64,000 nucleotides of DNA, from the IMG/VR virus record IMGVR_UViG_3300046167_000825, positions 186,001 to 250,000 of that record; one strand, written 5' to 3'. Position 1 is the first letter of the stretch. Each line of letters begins with the position of its first letter. Of the stretch, positions 54,577-63,696 are shown piece after piece. Made by a program: the position numbers and the translations under genes. The notes below the pieces were generated by a model. It was not told the origin of the DNA, searched no databases, and saw nothing but the letters and a program-made list of their open reading frames with translations.

Positions 54577-56645
54577 GTTCAAAAATACCATCAGACCATC
54601 TAGTTCCTAGAGGTCTAAACGGCTTGATCGATACCTACCCCGATATGAACTACGGCTTGGGGACATTGGAGAAGACTTTCATGACAGATGGCACAGCCGA
54701 CTTCACTTCGGGACTCCCCGATGGGATAGTTCGTGGTGAGGATGAAGGTCTTGGTGATCTTGGTGATTTTATGAAAGAAGGGAACATTGCTGATATGTCT
54801 TTCATTGATATTGAAGGCGATGCTCACATCCAAAGTCTGCCCGAATATGGTGAAGCAGACAGTTCGCTCGAATCTGCTTGGGGAGAACTACAAACTCCAG
54901 CCATATATGCTGAACACCAAAAAGATTTGACAGCCATTCCCCGTGCCATAACTCAGACTGAAGTAGAAGAAGATGTCCTAGAAGAAGTCGCCATGAAATG
55001 TGCGAGGTTGTTGCATAATGGTGCGAGCATGAAGAATCTCCAGCGAATCGCTTTCGACCGATTGGGTTCTGATGTTACGGAACTTCGTGAGGATTTTGAA
55101 TACCTCACGGAAGAAAGAGGCTTGATGGGAAATGTTTATGTCCTTGCGAGTGCTTACCCACAAATCGAAACGGGGCATTGGAATAAAGCCATTAAGAAGG
55201 CTTCCCCACACGCTCAGTACTTGTTGATTGATGACGGTCACGCTCTATCAAGCCAAGAGACATTCAATGGAATGAAAGTGGTTTTGGATGTTCCTTACAA
55301 GCAAGCCTTTGAGGTCTATAAGCCTTTACTTGAAGCCTCTGGTCGTAAACTAGCCTCTGGTGATTCAAGGGCTGTCCTCAAACAAGCCTTCCTAACTACG
55401 CCTCAGAAGAAAATCCAAGAGGTATTCCATGAGAAGGCATACAGAGTCGTTGACACTGTTTCCATGAAGGAAGCCCAACAACAGTTCGGGGAATACACCC
55501 CAGAAGAACAAAGAGTTTATCAAGATAGTGAACGCCAAGATAGAATCGCACTCAAAAAAGCCCACAAGAAACTAGCCAGTGCTTACCGTGCTGGGATGAT
55601 GAGCCGAGATGAATTGAAGAAATTGGCGGGTCTGCGTAGTCACACTCAAATCGAACTAGAACTACATAGGCTGAAACTCAAGAGTCACGCTGCCTCTGAA
55701 TCTTATTCTGGTGCAAAAAACTCTATCGCCAATCAAGAATCTTTGAAGCATGAACAAGGAGATATCACTGGGCGAGTTAAGAAAGCGAAAGAAGAAAAAC
55801 GAGTTGCTTCCGTGAGGGCAAAAGTTGCTGTTATTAAACAAGCAATCGACAGAGGTGTTCGTGGGAATGAACTAGCCCGTATCATTAAGCAGAAACTCAA
55901 CAAAGCAGACCTCCGTATTGCTTCTCCGATATTAAATCCCATCTTGAAAGAAACCAATGCACTCGCTCTCCCTTCTGCTCAGACGGAAGAATATAGTGGT
56001 GCTTCTTTCACAGCCCACCAAGAACATCGAAGAACCGCCCATGTCGAGAAGTTATCTCAAACTGAGATAGCCATCGGTAAAATGGCTCGTTGGACTAGAC
56101 AACAGATGACAGAAGGGACAATCGGAAAAACTCTCACGGCTATGCTAAAGACCAAGTTCGCTTCCCCCTTCTTGAAGAAAGCCTCAACCACAATCCAAGA
56201 AATCCGAACATCCCATGAAGGCTTGTCTGGGCATCTTTATGTGGATGCTGAGGCGTATGCCTCTCCCGTTGGGACAAAAGGTTGTGATGAAGGTGGCTTG
56301 AAGCACCGAGCCAATCAGTTGCCTTTCGTTATGGGGATGGACAGATGTGGTTCTTGTTCTTTTGCCAGTCGTAAAGCCGATGGTACTTCTGTTTGTCAGA
56401 AATACAACAAGCCGATTATCACCGAACTCCCTTCTGAGTCTAAAGACTACCAAGCAGAGAATATCCGAATGGCAGATGCCAGTGATGCTGAAATAACGGC
56501 TTCTATTTTTGCTTCTCGATACGAACCCTCAGAGTTCAATCTAGCGAACTCCGAACTAGATAACTTTTCCTTTGAAGAAATGGCGACAGCAGAAACTCTC
56601 TCAAATGTCTTTTTCGGTGGGATGGAGATACACGATGACGAATAA
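54573..56645 (+). CDS. large putative head-associated protein with Cys cluster
   Basis: multiple [KR]xA[S] motifs; C...CGSC...C near the C-terminus. Confidence 0.7.
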   Translation: MSSKIPSDHLVPRGLNGLIDTYPDMNYGLGTLEKTFMTDGTADFTSGLPDGIVRGEDEGLGDLGDFMKEGNIADMSFIDIEGDAHIQSLPEYGEADSSLESAWGELQTPAIYAEHQKDLTAIPRAITQTEVEEDVLEEVAMKCARLLHNGASMKNLQRIAFDRLGSDVTELREDFEYLTEERGLMGNVYVLASAYPQIETGHWNKAIKKASPHAQYLLIDDGHALSSQETFNGMKVVLDVPYKQAFEVYKPLLEASGRKLASGDSRAVLKQAFLTTPQKKIQEVFHEKAYRVVDTVSMKEAQQQFGEYTPEEQRVYQDSERQDRIALKKAHKKLASAYRAGMMSRDELKKLAGLRSHTQIELELHRLKLKSHAASESYSGAKNSIANQESLKHEQGDITGRVKKAKEEKRVASVRAKVAVIKQAIDRGVRGNELARIIKQKLNKADLRIASPILNPILKETNALALPSAQTEEYSGASFTAHQEHRRTAHVEKLSQTEIAIGKMARWTRQQMTEGTIGKTLTAMLKTKFASPFLKKASTTIQEIRTSHEGLSGHLYVDAEAYASPVGTKGCDEGGLKHRANQLPFVMGMDRCGSCSFASRKADGTSVCQKYNKPIITELPSESKDYQAENIRMADASDAEITASIFASRYEPSEFNLANSELDNFSFEEMATAETLSNVFFGGMEIHDDE

Positions 56646-57411
56646 AGAAGCGGGTATGCCTCAGAACCCAGAAATACTAGGTCAAGTTTTGCATGATGTC
56701 CTTTGTACTTTGCGAACTATGTATGTTCATTATCAGAACTTACATTGGGAGAGTAAAGGCGATTCCTTTTACAGCGACCATCTTTTGTTCCAACGCTTGT
56801 ATGAAGGCGTGGCAGAAGAAACAGATGCACTCGCTGAGAAGATTCTTGGCTTGACGGGACAGACCAAATGGGTTTCTGACCTCCATACTTTCCAACACGG
56901 TCATGATACTTTACAGATATGGTACGAGTTCACTAAAGGTGACGATTCAACTAGCCGTGCTTTCTTCTCTGAGATGTACTTCCAAGAACAACTCGATTAT
57001 GCTCGTGCTGTCCTAGAAGAAAGCAACAATATGACTTACGGTTTGGATGACTTTCTAGGAGGTCTGGCTTCAAAACACGAGGAACATGTTTATCTTCTCC
57101 GTCAAAGATGGGGCAAAGTAGAACATGAATCACGAGTGGCAAGTGGTGCTGGACATCATTTCCATGACAACCCCGAAAAGAGAGAGGTTCGTCAACTTCA
57201 GCAGAGCAAAGCGAAAGGCAATGCCATCACAGACAAACCCTCCGATGCACCACCGACTCCCTCTGATATCTTGGAAGATAAGGGTAAAGAGTTCTCTACT
57301 CTATCTCGTTATGTTATTAACACGGCTCAACCGACCAAGAAGCCGATGCCCTCATCTCGTGCCGAACTCCCAAAACAAGCCAAGCGAGTTCGCCTAACAA
57401 GGAGTAAGTAA
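56635..57411 (+). CDS. Dps/ferritin-like protein with C-terminal extension
   Basis: HYQNLHWESKGDSFYSDHLLFQRLYE...DALAEK...KHEEHVYLL; GGAG RBS before ATG 56635. Confidence 0.8.
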   Translation: MTNKEAGMPQNPEILGQVLHDVLCTLRTMYVHYQNLHWESKGDSFYSDHLLFQRLYEGVAEETDALAEKILGLTGQTKWVSDLHTFQHGHDTLQIWYEFTKGDDSTSRAFFSEMYFQEQLDYARAVLEESNNMTYGLDDFLGGLASKHEEHVYLLRQRWGKVEHESRVASGAGHHFHDNPEKREVRQLQQSKAKGNAITDKPSDAPPTPSDILEDKGKEFSTLSRYVINTAQPTKKPMPSSRAELPKQAKRVRLTRSK

Positions 57412-58013
57412 TGAAAATCATTAAACCACCCTTCACACAAGTAGTTGCTGGTGTTGTTAAATCGGGTGACCCTTCTGTTGGTGTGAATCCAACTGTTCAA
57501 GGTCAACTGCGAACTACCCAATGGATTATGGATGGGGCGAATAAGAACCCTAAGTCTTTCCCTCCAAATGCCAGTCATTTTACGGGTTTCAATACCAATG
57601 GGCATGTCGTAGGAGGATTCAATCCTTCTGTTGCTACATTGACATTTGACCTTGTGACTTACAATAAACTGTTTGAACTACACATCGGAAGTCATGTTTT
57701 GAAAGCGGGCAACTCCCTCACTTACACATCTTCTGCTGTCATCGTGGGTGACTTCTTGAACAATGTGGGGATACTCATAGCAGATATGTTAGATAATCTT
57801 GTGGATGCCATCAATCGTATCCCAGAGTTCTCAGCCACCAATGACGGTGCTGCTATCATCACTATTGAACATAAAGCCCAAGTGGGAATCAATTCAGATT
57901 CTCTTGCCATCTCGTATCGAAATATCGACCCGACTGTCACAACCTCACCTTTCGTAGAAATAATAGGGTTTGATGGTGGCTCTCCTACTGTTGGTTCGGT
58001 ACTAATTAACTAG
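57411..58013 (+). CDS. putative structural protein
   Basis: AAGGAG RBS; beta-rich. Confidence 0.65.
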   Translation: MKIIKPPFTQVVAGVVKSGDPSVGVNPTVQGQLRTTQWIMDGANKNPKSFPPNASHFTGFNTNGHVVGGFNPSVATLTFDLVTYNKLFELHIGSHVLKAGNSLTYTSSAVIVGDFLNNVGILIADMLDNLVDAINRIPEFSATNDGAAIITIEHKAQVGINSDSLAISYRNIDPTVTTSPFVEIIGFDGGSPTVGSVLIN

Positions 58014-58023
58014 GGGGTGATAA

Positions 58024-58764
58024 ATGAGTTCTGGAATACCTAAACCAAATGTCAACAAACAAGAGATTCTTGAAGCCTTACCTTTGGAGATCAGCCGAAT
58101 TGCGGTGACGACCAAAGAAGGGGAAGTCAAGTATCGGAAAGTCGAAGAAGTCGAACTAGAAGACATCTTGATGTTCAACAAGAGCAATCAACCCGTTGTG
58201 ATGAGAGGCAAGGCTGGGAGACCCTCCGATCTCCCCACATTGGATTTGCCCTCTCTCCAAGACACAAGCAACTTTGTCCCTCTGCCAAATCGTCTGCAAA
58301 AACGAAAAGACTTGGCTGTTGCACAAACACCTCAGCCAACGGCTCTGAACTATCAAAATGATAGGGTTCTCGCACAAGTGAGTCAAGACCCCGAATCCTT
58401 AGATGTCCTCCATTCCGTGATGATGGGCTTGGCAGAAGAAGCAGCCGCTATGGCTCAAGCGAGAGTTTCACTTGAAGCACAAGGGAAGAACACCTCCAAT
58501 GTGTCATCAAAGCGTGTATCGGCATTGCGAGCCATTGGTGATACATGGATGAAGCGAAAGGAACAGTTGGGGGGTAAGGGAATCGACTTGGAGGGTTTGG
58601 CTTTCAAGAGAGTTTTCGGATTCACAATGGAAACTTTTCGTAAAGCACTCACTCAATCCAACATTCGTCCAGAACAGATTGAGGTTATCTTCGCAAAACT
58701 AGCGAACTTGATGGGTGATGATTGGGTAACTGAAGCGAAGAAAAGAGCAGATGGGGATGACTAA
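58024..58764 (+). CDS. putative terminase small subunit
   Basis: directly upstream of and overlapping terL; helical. Confidence 0.5.
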   Translation: MSSGIPKPNVNKQEILEALPLEISRIAVTTKEGEVKYRKVEEVELEDILMFNKSNQPVVMRGKAGRPSDLPTLDLPSLQDTSNFVPLPNRLQKRKDLAVAQTPQPTALNYQNDRVLAQVSQDPESLDVLHSVMMGLAEEAAAMAQARVSLEAQGKNTSNVSSKRVSALRAIGDTWMKRKEQLGGKGIDLEGLAFKRVFGFTMETFRKALTQSNIRPEQIEVIFAKLANLMGDDWVTEAKKRADGDD

Positions 58765-60602
58765 TGTCTGGATTTCTTTCCGACATCGTGATGGGTGCTG
58801 GTCGTGTAAAAGGGACTGAAAGTCGCTCCGTTGTTGACATCATCACTTTCATCGAAAGTGCATGGGGTTTGCAAATGCGATTATTCCCCGTTCAGAAAAT
58901 CATACTGAAAGCACATTACGGTATCCCCCTAGATGACACAGAAAAGACAGTCCCTTATTCCGATTGGAGAAGGGAGAATGTCCAGATGCTGACAGAAGCC
59001 GAATACCTCCGATTATTGCATAAAGAGGGTCGGTGTAATATCTCTGAGGTGACGGAAGGACACGAAAGACGAGAGATGATTTTATCTGTGGGGAGACGGA
59101 GTGGGAAGACAACAATATCTGCTTGTATCGCTGCCTATGAAACATACAAGTTGATTTCCAAAGGTGACCCACAAGGGTTCTATGGTTTGCCTAGTTCCAA
59201 CGTTATTCAGTTAATAAGTGTTGCGACAGACAAAGACCAAGCGGGATTACTCTACAACGAGGTGAGTGGTCACTTTCGCAATTGCTCTTTCTTCACTCCC
59301 TACTCTGCTAACAACACCATGTCCTATGCGAGATTTCAAACCCCTATGGACATTGAAAGATATGGCTCTTATTCAGAGGACAACAGTGCCAACGCCAATA
59401 TCAAAGTGACCTTCCGTTCTTGTGTTGCGAAGGGGCTTCGTGGGGCTGGTAATATCTGTGTTATCCTTGATGAGGTCGCTCACTTTACAGACAAGGGACA
59501 AAGTGGTGCAGAAGCCGTATATAACGCTGTGACACCTTCTACCTCAGCCTATTCACAGAAAGACCCCAACAATAAATCAAAGCCCATAGGTGAGGTTGAG
59601 GGGCGTATTATATCCATCTCCTCTCCATTGGGGAAACAAGGGTTGTTCTACAAATTGTTTAATACAGCATTTCGTGGTGGAGCAGCCAGTGCTAATATGT
59701 TGGCTGTTCAAGCACCCACTTGGGAAGTGAATCCCACTGTTCCAGCCACCGAGTTCGCTAAACATTATGTTAAAGACCCTCGTGTGTTTTTCACGGAATA
59801 TGGGGCTGTGTTCTCTGACCGAACAAGAGGTTGGATAGAGGATTCCAAAGACCTCTTGGCGTGCGTGGATGACTCCCGAAAAGAAGTTAAAAAAGGCAAA
59901 ACACGAGTTCCCTATTTCATGGGAATCGACTTGGCTCTTGTTGGTGATGGCACGGCTGTGGCTATTGGGCATCTCGAAGAGATTGATGGGGAGAATAAGA
60001 TAATCCTCGATCTCATAGCCCATATTAAGGCTGGAGAAGGGGATTATGCTGATAGGGAACGCTTGGAGTTCGATGATGTGGCTGATTGGATACTCGGTTG
60101 GACAAAGAAGTTCTATGTGAAAGAAGGTATCTTCGATCAATGGGCTGGGATTCCTTTTGAGCAAGCCCTCGCCAAAAGAGGTTTGAAGAATATCAAGTCT
60201 ACACACTTCACCAAGAATCTCACATCACAGATATTTCAGAACTTCAAAGATTTGATGTTCGACAAGAAAATGATTCTCTATAATGACCCAGTACCCAAAG
60301 ACGGTGAACTGTGTCCCTACTTAGAGGAAATTATGGAACTCCAAGCCGAGATCCATAGCAAGCACATCATCACGGTGGCTGCCCCTCAAGTCGAAGGAAA
60401 GCATGACGATATGTCGGATGCTTTAGTTCGGATGGTTTGGTCGGCTTCCCAGAATATCACAAAGCAACTGCGTGTTTCTATGGCGAATGGTCGTAATGCC
60501 TTCGGTCATCAAACCACCACAAGTGACCTAGTTCGTAGGCGAACTAGAGCCTTACAAAAGGGGTCACACCCATCCCGTCAATCACGCAAATGGCGAAAAT
60601 AG
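58764..60602 (+). CDS. terL: terminase large subunit
   Basis: LFPVQK Q-motif, GRRSGKT Walker A, VILDEVAHF Walker B, ISSP, nuclease MGIDLA...HDDMSDAL. Confidence 0.92.
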   Translation: MSGFLSDIVMGAGRVKGTESRSVVDIITFIESAWGLQMRLFPVQKIILKAHYGIPLDDTEKTVPYSDWRRENVQMLTEAEYLRLLHKEGRCNISEVTEGHERREMILSVGRRSGKTTISACIAAYETYKLISKGDPQGFYGLPSSNVIQLISVATDKDQAGLLYNEVSGHFRNCSFFTPYSANNTMSYARFQTPMDIERYGSYSEDNSANANIKVTFRSCVAKGLRGAGNICVILDEVAHFTDKGQSGAEAVYNAVTPSTSAYSQKDPNNKSKPIGEVEGRIISISSPLGKQGLFYKLFNTAFRGGAASANMLAVQAPTWEVNPTVPATEFAKHYVKDPRVFFTEYGAVFSDRTRGWIEDSKDLLACVDDSRKEVKKGKTRVPYFMGIDLALVGDGTAVAIGHLEEIDGENKIILDLIAHIKAGEGDYADRERLEFDDVADWILGWTKKFYVKEGIFDQWAGIPFEQALAKRGLKNIKSTHFTKNLTSQIFQNFKDLMFDKKMILYNDPVPKDGELCPYLEEIMELQAEIHSKHIITVAAPQVEGKHDDMSDALVRMVWSASQNITKQLRVSMANGRNAFGHQTTTSDLVRRRTRALQKGSHPSRQSRKWRK

Positions 60603-60611
60603 GAGTTTTTT

Positions 60612-60875
60612 ATGTCATCCCCACACAGAGCAGACTATCGTTTAATTCATCGTTTTATGTTGCAATACTCAAAGAGTAAAGCCTCAAAAAATAACCTCGT
60701 GTCACCCACTGATGCTGACATTGAGAAAGTTCTCCGTGCTTTCCATCATTTTGGGGGTTCTTGGGAGAGATTGTTCAAGGGAAGCATTAAAGATATGGTT
60801 GTCTTGAAGAAGATTGTCAAAGTTGGGGTCAAAAAGAAACTCTTCAACCTTGCTCCATCTTGGGATAGGGTATAG
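60612..60875 (+). CDS. hypothetical protein
   Basis: AGGAG RBS. Confidence 0.7.
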   Translation: MSSPHRADYRLIHRFMLQYSKSKASKNNLVSPTDADIEKVLRAFHHFGGSWERLFKGSIKDMVVLKKIVKVGVKKKLFNLAPSWDRV

Positions 60876-60884
60876 TGATTCACT

Positions 60885-61184
60885 ATGGGAAGATACAGAG
60901 CAAGAAACACAGACCCCGTTGAAAGGGATGTTCATAAGAACATAGCCGAAGCCGAGCGTTATCTGAAAAGAGCGTTGTCGGTTCTTTCTTCTGTTCGTGG
61001 GAATCCCTCTATACGGAAAGCACGGTATAATCAACTAGAGCAAATGCTCCAAGAATCCGTGAAGGTTTTATCTTCTCCTCCTCGATTGACACATGCTCAT
61101 GATAAAAACGACCCCGACTTGAATCCAAAGGTCGCAGAGGAACAACGGAAAAAACGAATGGAACGGAAAAGAGGTGATAAATGA
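60885..61184 (+). CDS. hypothetical basic protein
   Basis: ATGA overlap with the portal gene. Confidence 0.65.
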   Translation: MGRYRARNTDPVERDVHKNIAEAERYLKRALSVLSSVRGNPSIRKARYNQLEQMLQESVKVLSSPPRLTHAHDKNDPDLNPKVAEEQRKKRMERKRGDK

Positions 61185-62863
61185 CAAAAAAATCTGGTGT
61201 GGCAGTCGGTAAAGTTCCTTCTCGTGCGAAAGTACACACGGGAAAACCTCGTAAAGTTGTGGCTAGTTCAATGAAAGTTGGTGGGTTACAGACCTATTCT
61301 GGTGGCGAAGGGTCTGGTGGGAACTTCTATTCTCCCGAACTGAGTACCGATTTCCTTGAACTCCCACAGAGTATGCACGAGAGATGGAATTACTTCCGTT
61401 TCTTCTATCGTTCAGAACCTTTCGTGGGTCAAGCGATTGATCTTCACACCGAACTTCCCCTTTCAAAAATCCGTCTGGGTTTCCCGAACTACATCAAAGA
61501 CAGAGAGATGGCGAAGGAGGCATTGGACTTCTGTCAGAAGTGGTCTAGGAAAATCGGATTACTTCACCGTTTGATTGAGATCGTCCATGAATACAATCTC
61601 ATTGGTGAAGTGTTTATCTTCATGGAAGATGTGACTTCAGACCCACCCGATGATCTTAAATATGAAGTCAGACGAGAACTGCTTGATGATGGGACAGTCC
61701 AAGAGGAACTTGTAGAACGAGAGGATGCCAAAGAACTGCAAGTGAAATGGTTGAAAAAGAACTACAAGGGTTGGACAGCCCTCCGAGTTCTCCCCCCAGA
61801 GCAAACCCATGTTCAATCGTTTCCATTCACGGATGAGAAGATTATTGAACTTATCCCCGATTCTAAAACAAAGGACATTATCTCACAAGCAGATAGTGGT
61901 GACCCAACAGCAAAGCGTATTGTGGACTCCATGCCTAGAGGTGTGGTGGAAGCCGTCCTTGAAGGGAAGAATATCCCCTTGAACACCGATCCAGATGCGG
62001 GTTCTTTCGTCTGCTATCTCGCTCGTAAGAAATCACAGTATGAGGACAGAGGGCATTCCATCCTTGAGAGATGTATCCGAACTCTCGTGTTCCGAGATAA
62101 ACTTCGTCAAGCCAACACTTCTATCGCTTCAAGGCACATGACCCCCATCCGTTTGGTCTATGGTGAAGATATGGATCAAGCCGATGTGGAAGCATTGAGA
62201 GAGCAAGTGGATTTGGCTCTTGCTGATCCCGACTTCTCTATCATAGCGAACTTTGAAATCCGATGGGAGGAAATGGGTTCTGACCAACGCCTCCTTGATC
62301 TTGGTTCTGAATATGACCTCACTGATCGTCAGTTGTATGCTGGTCTTGGTGTGACAGAAGGCTTACTCTCTGGTGAGAGTTCTTATAGTGGTGACCGTAT
62401 CAACTTGGAAGTCATCAACACGAGGTACATGCTTCTCCGAGAAATCCTACAAGACTTGGTTGAGGAGAAAATGCTCAAACCAATGTGTGCTAGGATGGGT
62501 TTCATTGAGGAAGATGAATACGGAAATGAACATGTGGTTTATCCCACACTTTCTTTCACAAGACTTGCACTCAGAGATAACAATGACACTTTCGATGCCT
62601 TGTTCAATCTCTATCAGAAGGGTTCATTGGATGTGGATATCATCTTGGAACTCTTGAACATTGACCCAGTAGCAACCAAAGAGAAACTAGAACGAGATAT
62701 GTTCACACTCAACGATAGTCAGTTCAATGAGGTTCTACGAGGTATCTATGGTGAGGCTGGTCGTGCATTAGCCGAGAACTCAGATGCCCTTGAAAAGATA
62801 GCCGAGAATCTAGGTCTGACCTACGAGAAGCCCGAAGAAGAAGGTGGCGGTGGTAGATTCTGA
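61181..62863 (+). CDS. portal protein
   Basis: 560 aa after terL; RFFYRSEPFVGQAIDLH, EYNLIGEVF, RGHSILERC. Confidence 0.75.
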   Translation: MTKKSGVAVGKVPSRAKVHTGKPRKVVASSMKVGGLQTYSGGEGSGGNFYSPELSTDFLELPQSMHERWNYFRFFYRSEPFVGQAIDLHTELPLSKIRLGFPNYIKDREMAKEALDFCQKWSRKIGLLHRLIEIVHEYNLIGEVFIFMEDVTSDPPDDLKYEVRRELLDDGTVQEELVEREDAKELQVKWLKKNYKGWTALRVLPPEQTHVQSFPFTDEKIIELIPDSKTKDIISQADSGDPTAKRIVDSMPRGVVEAVLEGKNIPLNTDPDAGSFVCYLARKKSQYEDRGHSILERCIRTLVFRDKLRQANTSIASRHMTPIRLVYGEDMDQADVEALREQVDLALADPDFSIIANFEIRWEEMGSDQRLLDLGSEYDLTDRQLYAGLGVTEGLLSGESSYSGDRINLEVINTRYMLLREILQDLVEEKMLKPMCARMGFIEEDEYGNEHVVYPTLSFTRLALRDNNDTFDALFNLYQKGSLDVDIILELLNIDPVATKEKLERDMFTLNDSQFNEVLRGIYGEAGRALAENSDALEKIAENLGLTYEKPEEEGGGGRF

Positions 62864-62876
62864 TAATCTATCTATA
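62864..62876 (+). promoter_or_regulatory. class B motif TAATCTATCTATA with no downstream sense gene
   Basis: exact motif right after the portal stop. Confidence 0.45.
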
Positions 62877-62921
62877 TCGTCTTATAGATGAATAAGAGAG
62901 AAGTCGTCAAAAACTTCAACT

Positions 62922-62955
62922 AAAAAAGAAAGGGGAGTCCCTCAACTCCCCTTTC
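62922..62955 (-). terminator. rho-independent terminator for the minus-strand genes
   Basis: GAAAGGGGAGT-CCCTCA-ACTCCCCTTTC with an A run on the left. Confidence 0.75.
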
Positions 62956-62978
62956 AACCACAAACTTGGCTTAATGTA

Positions 62979-63233
62979 CTACTTGGGTTTCCCTCCCCGA
63001 CAAGGAGTACACCAACTTTGTGGAATCGTTTTACCCTTGATAACTCGCAAACCAAAAGACTCTACAACTTTCCCTATCTTTTTACATTTGGGGCATGCCT
63101 TGTATTCTAGTTCATATTGGTCAATGGCTTCAATGAGCGTGTTTTTCGATATTTTCCCGTTGCCAATTCGGTGATCAAGTACAAGCACCATACCATTGGG
63201 TGTGTTTATCCTTTTACATATTTCGTCACTCAT
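62979..63233 (-). CDS. small zinc-finger protein
   Basis: CPKC...FGLR...PQSWCTPCR. Confidence 0.7.
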   Translation of the reverse strand: MSDEICKRINTPNGMVLVLDHRIGNGKISKNTLIEAIDQYELEYKACPKCKKIGKVVESFGLRVIKGKTIPQSWCTPCRGGKPK

Positions 63234-63241
63234 GTCTTCTC

Positions 63242-63625
63242 CTATGCAGATTTGCGTTGTTGTGAAATGATTTGATGAGTACCAACTAGGGAGTTGTTGA
63301 GGGCATGCTCTATGGCTCTTTGGTCTATATCAAGACGGTCATCAAGCCATCGACCTAAAGCGATGGTGTGCTTACATAAGCGACCGAAACCACCAGCCTC
63401 ACAAGTGCAACGAACACTCTTTGTTTTGAGATTCACTCTCGTGGTATAAACTTCCGAGCCAGATATGGGTGTGTGGGTCATCCCCGTAATCAATCCCGCA
63501 TCGACATCGAATGACGGTGACATCACAGCCACCTTTGATGCTTTTATTCGGGTGTCCTTTGACACTTTGCTCTCAAGCCGTTGGATGGTTTCTCGTAATA
63601 TCGTAGTTTGGTTCAGTATATTCAT
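63242..63625 (-). CDS. SWIM zinc-finger protein
   Basis: CTCEAGGFGRLCKHTIAL; AAGGAG RBS. Confidence 0.85.
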   Translation of the reverse strand: MNILNQTTILRETIQRLESKVSKDTRIKASKVAVMSPSFDVDAGLITGMTHTPISGSEVYTTRVNLKTKSVRCTCEAGGFGRLCKHTIALGRWLDDRLDIDQRAIEHALNNSLVGTHQIISQQRKSA

Positions 63626-63645
63626 AGCAATCTCCTTGTGCTTTA

Positions 63646-63674
63646 TATACGGAGAAACCTTTTCGATGCGATCC
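63646..63674 (-). promoter_or_regulatory. class A promoter GGATCG-N17-CGTATA
   Basis: exact motif on the minus strand. Confidence 0.8.
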
Positions 63675-63696
63675 CTTTACGGCATTATTTTATAAA

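Noticed and set aside
29246-60602. Inteins or introns in nrdJ, recA, recD2, dnaX or terL
   Set aside because: Lengths and motif spacing are normal; no C/S...HN splice junctions or LAGLIDADG motifs seen
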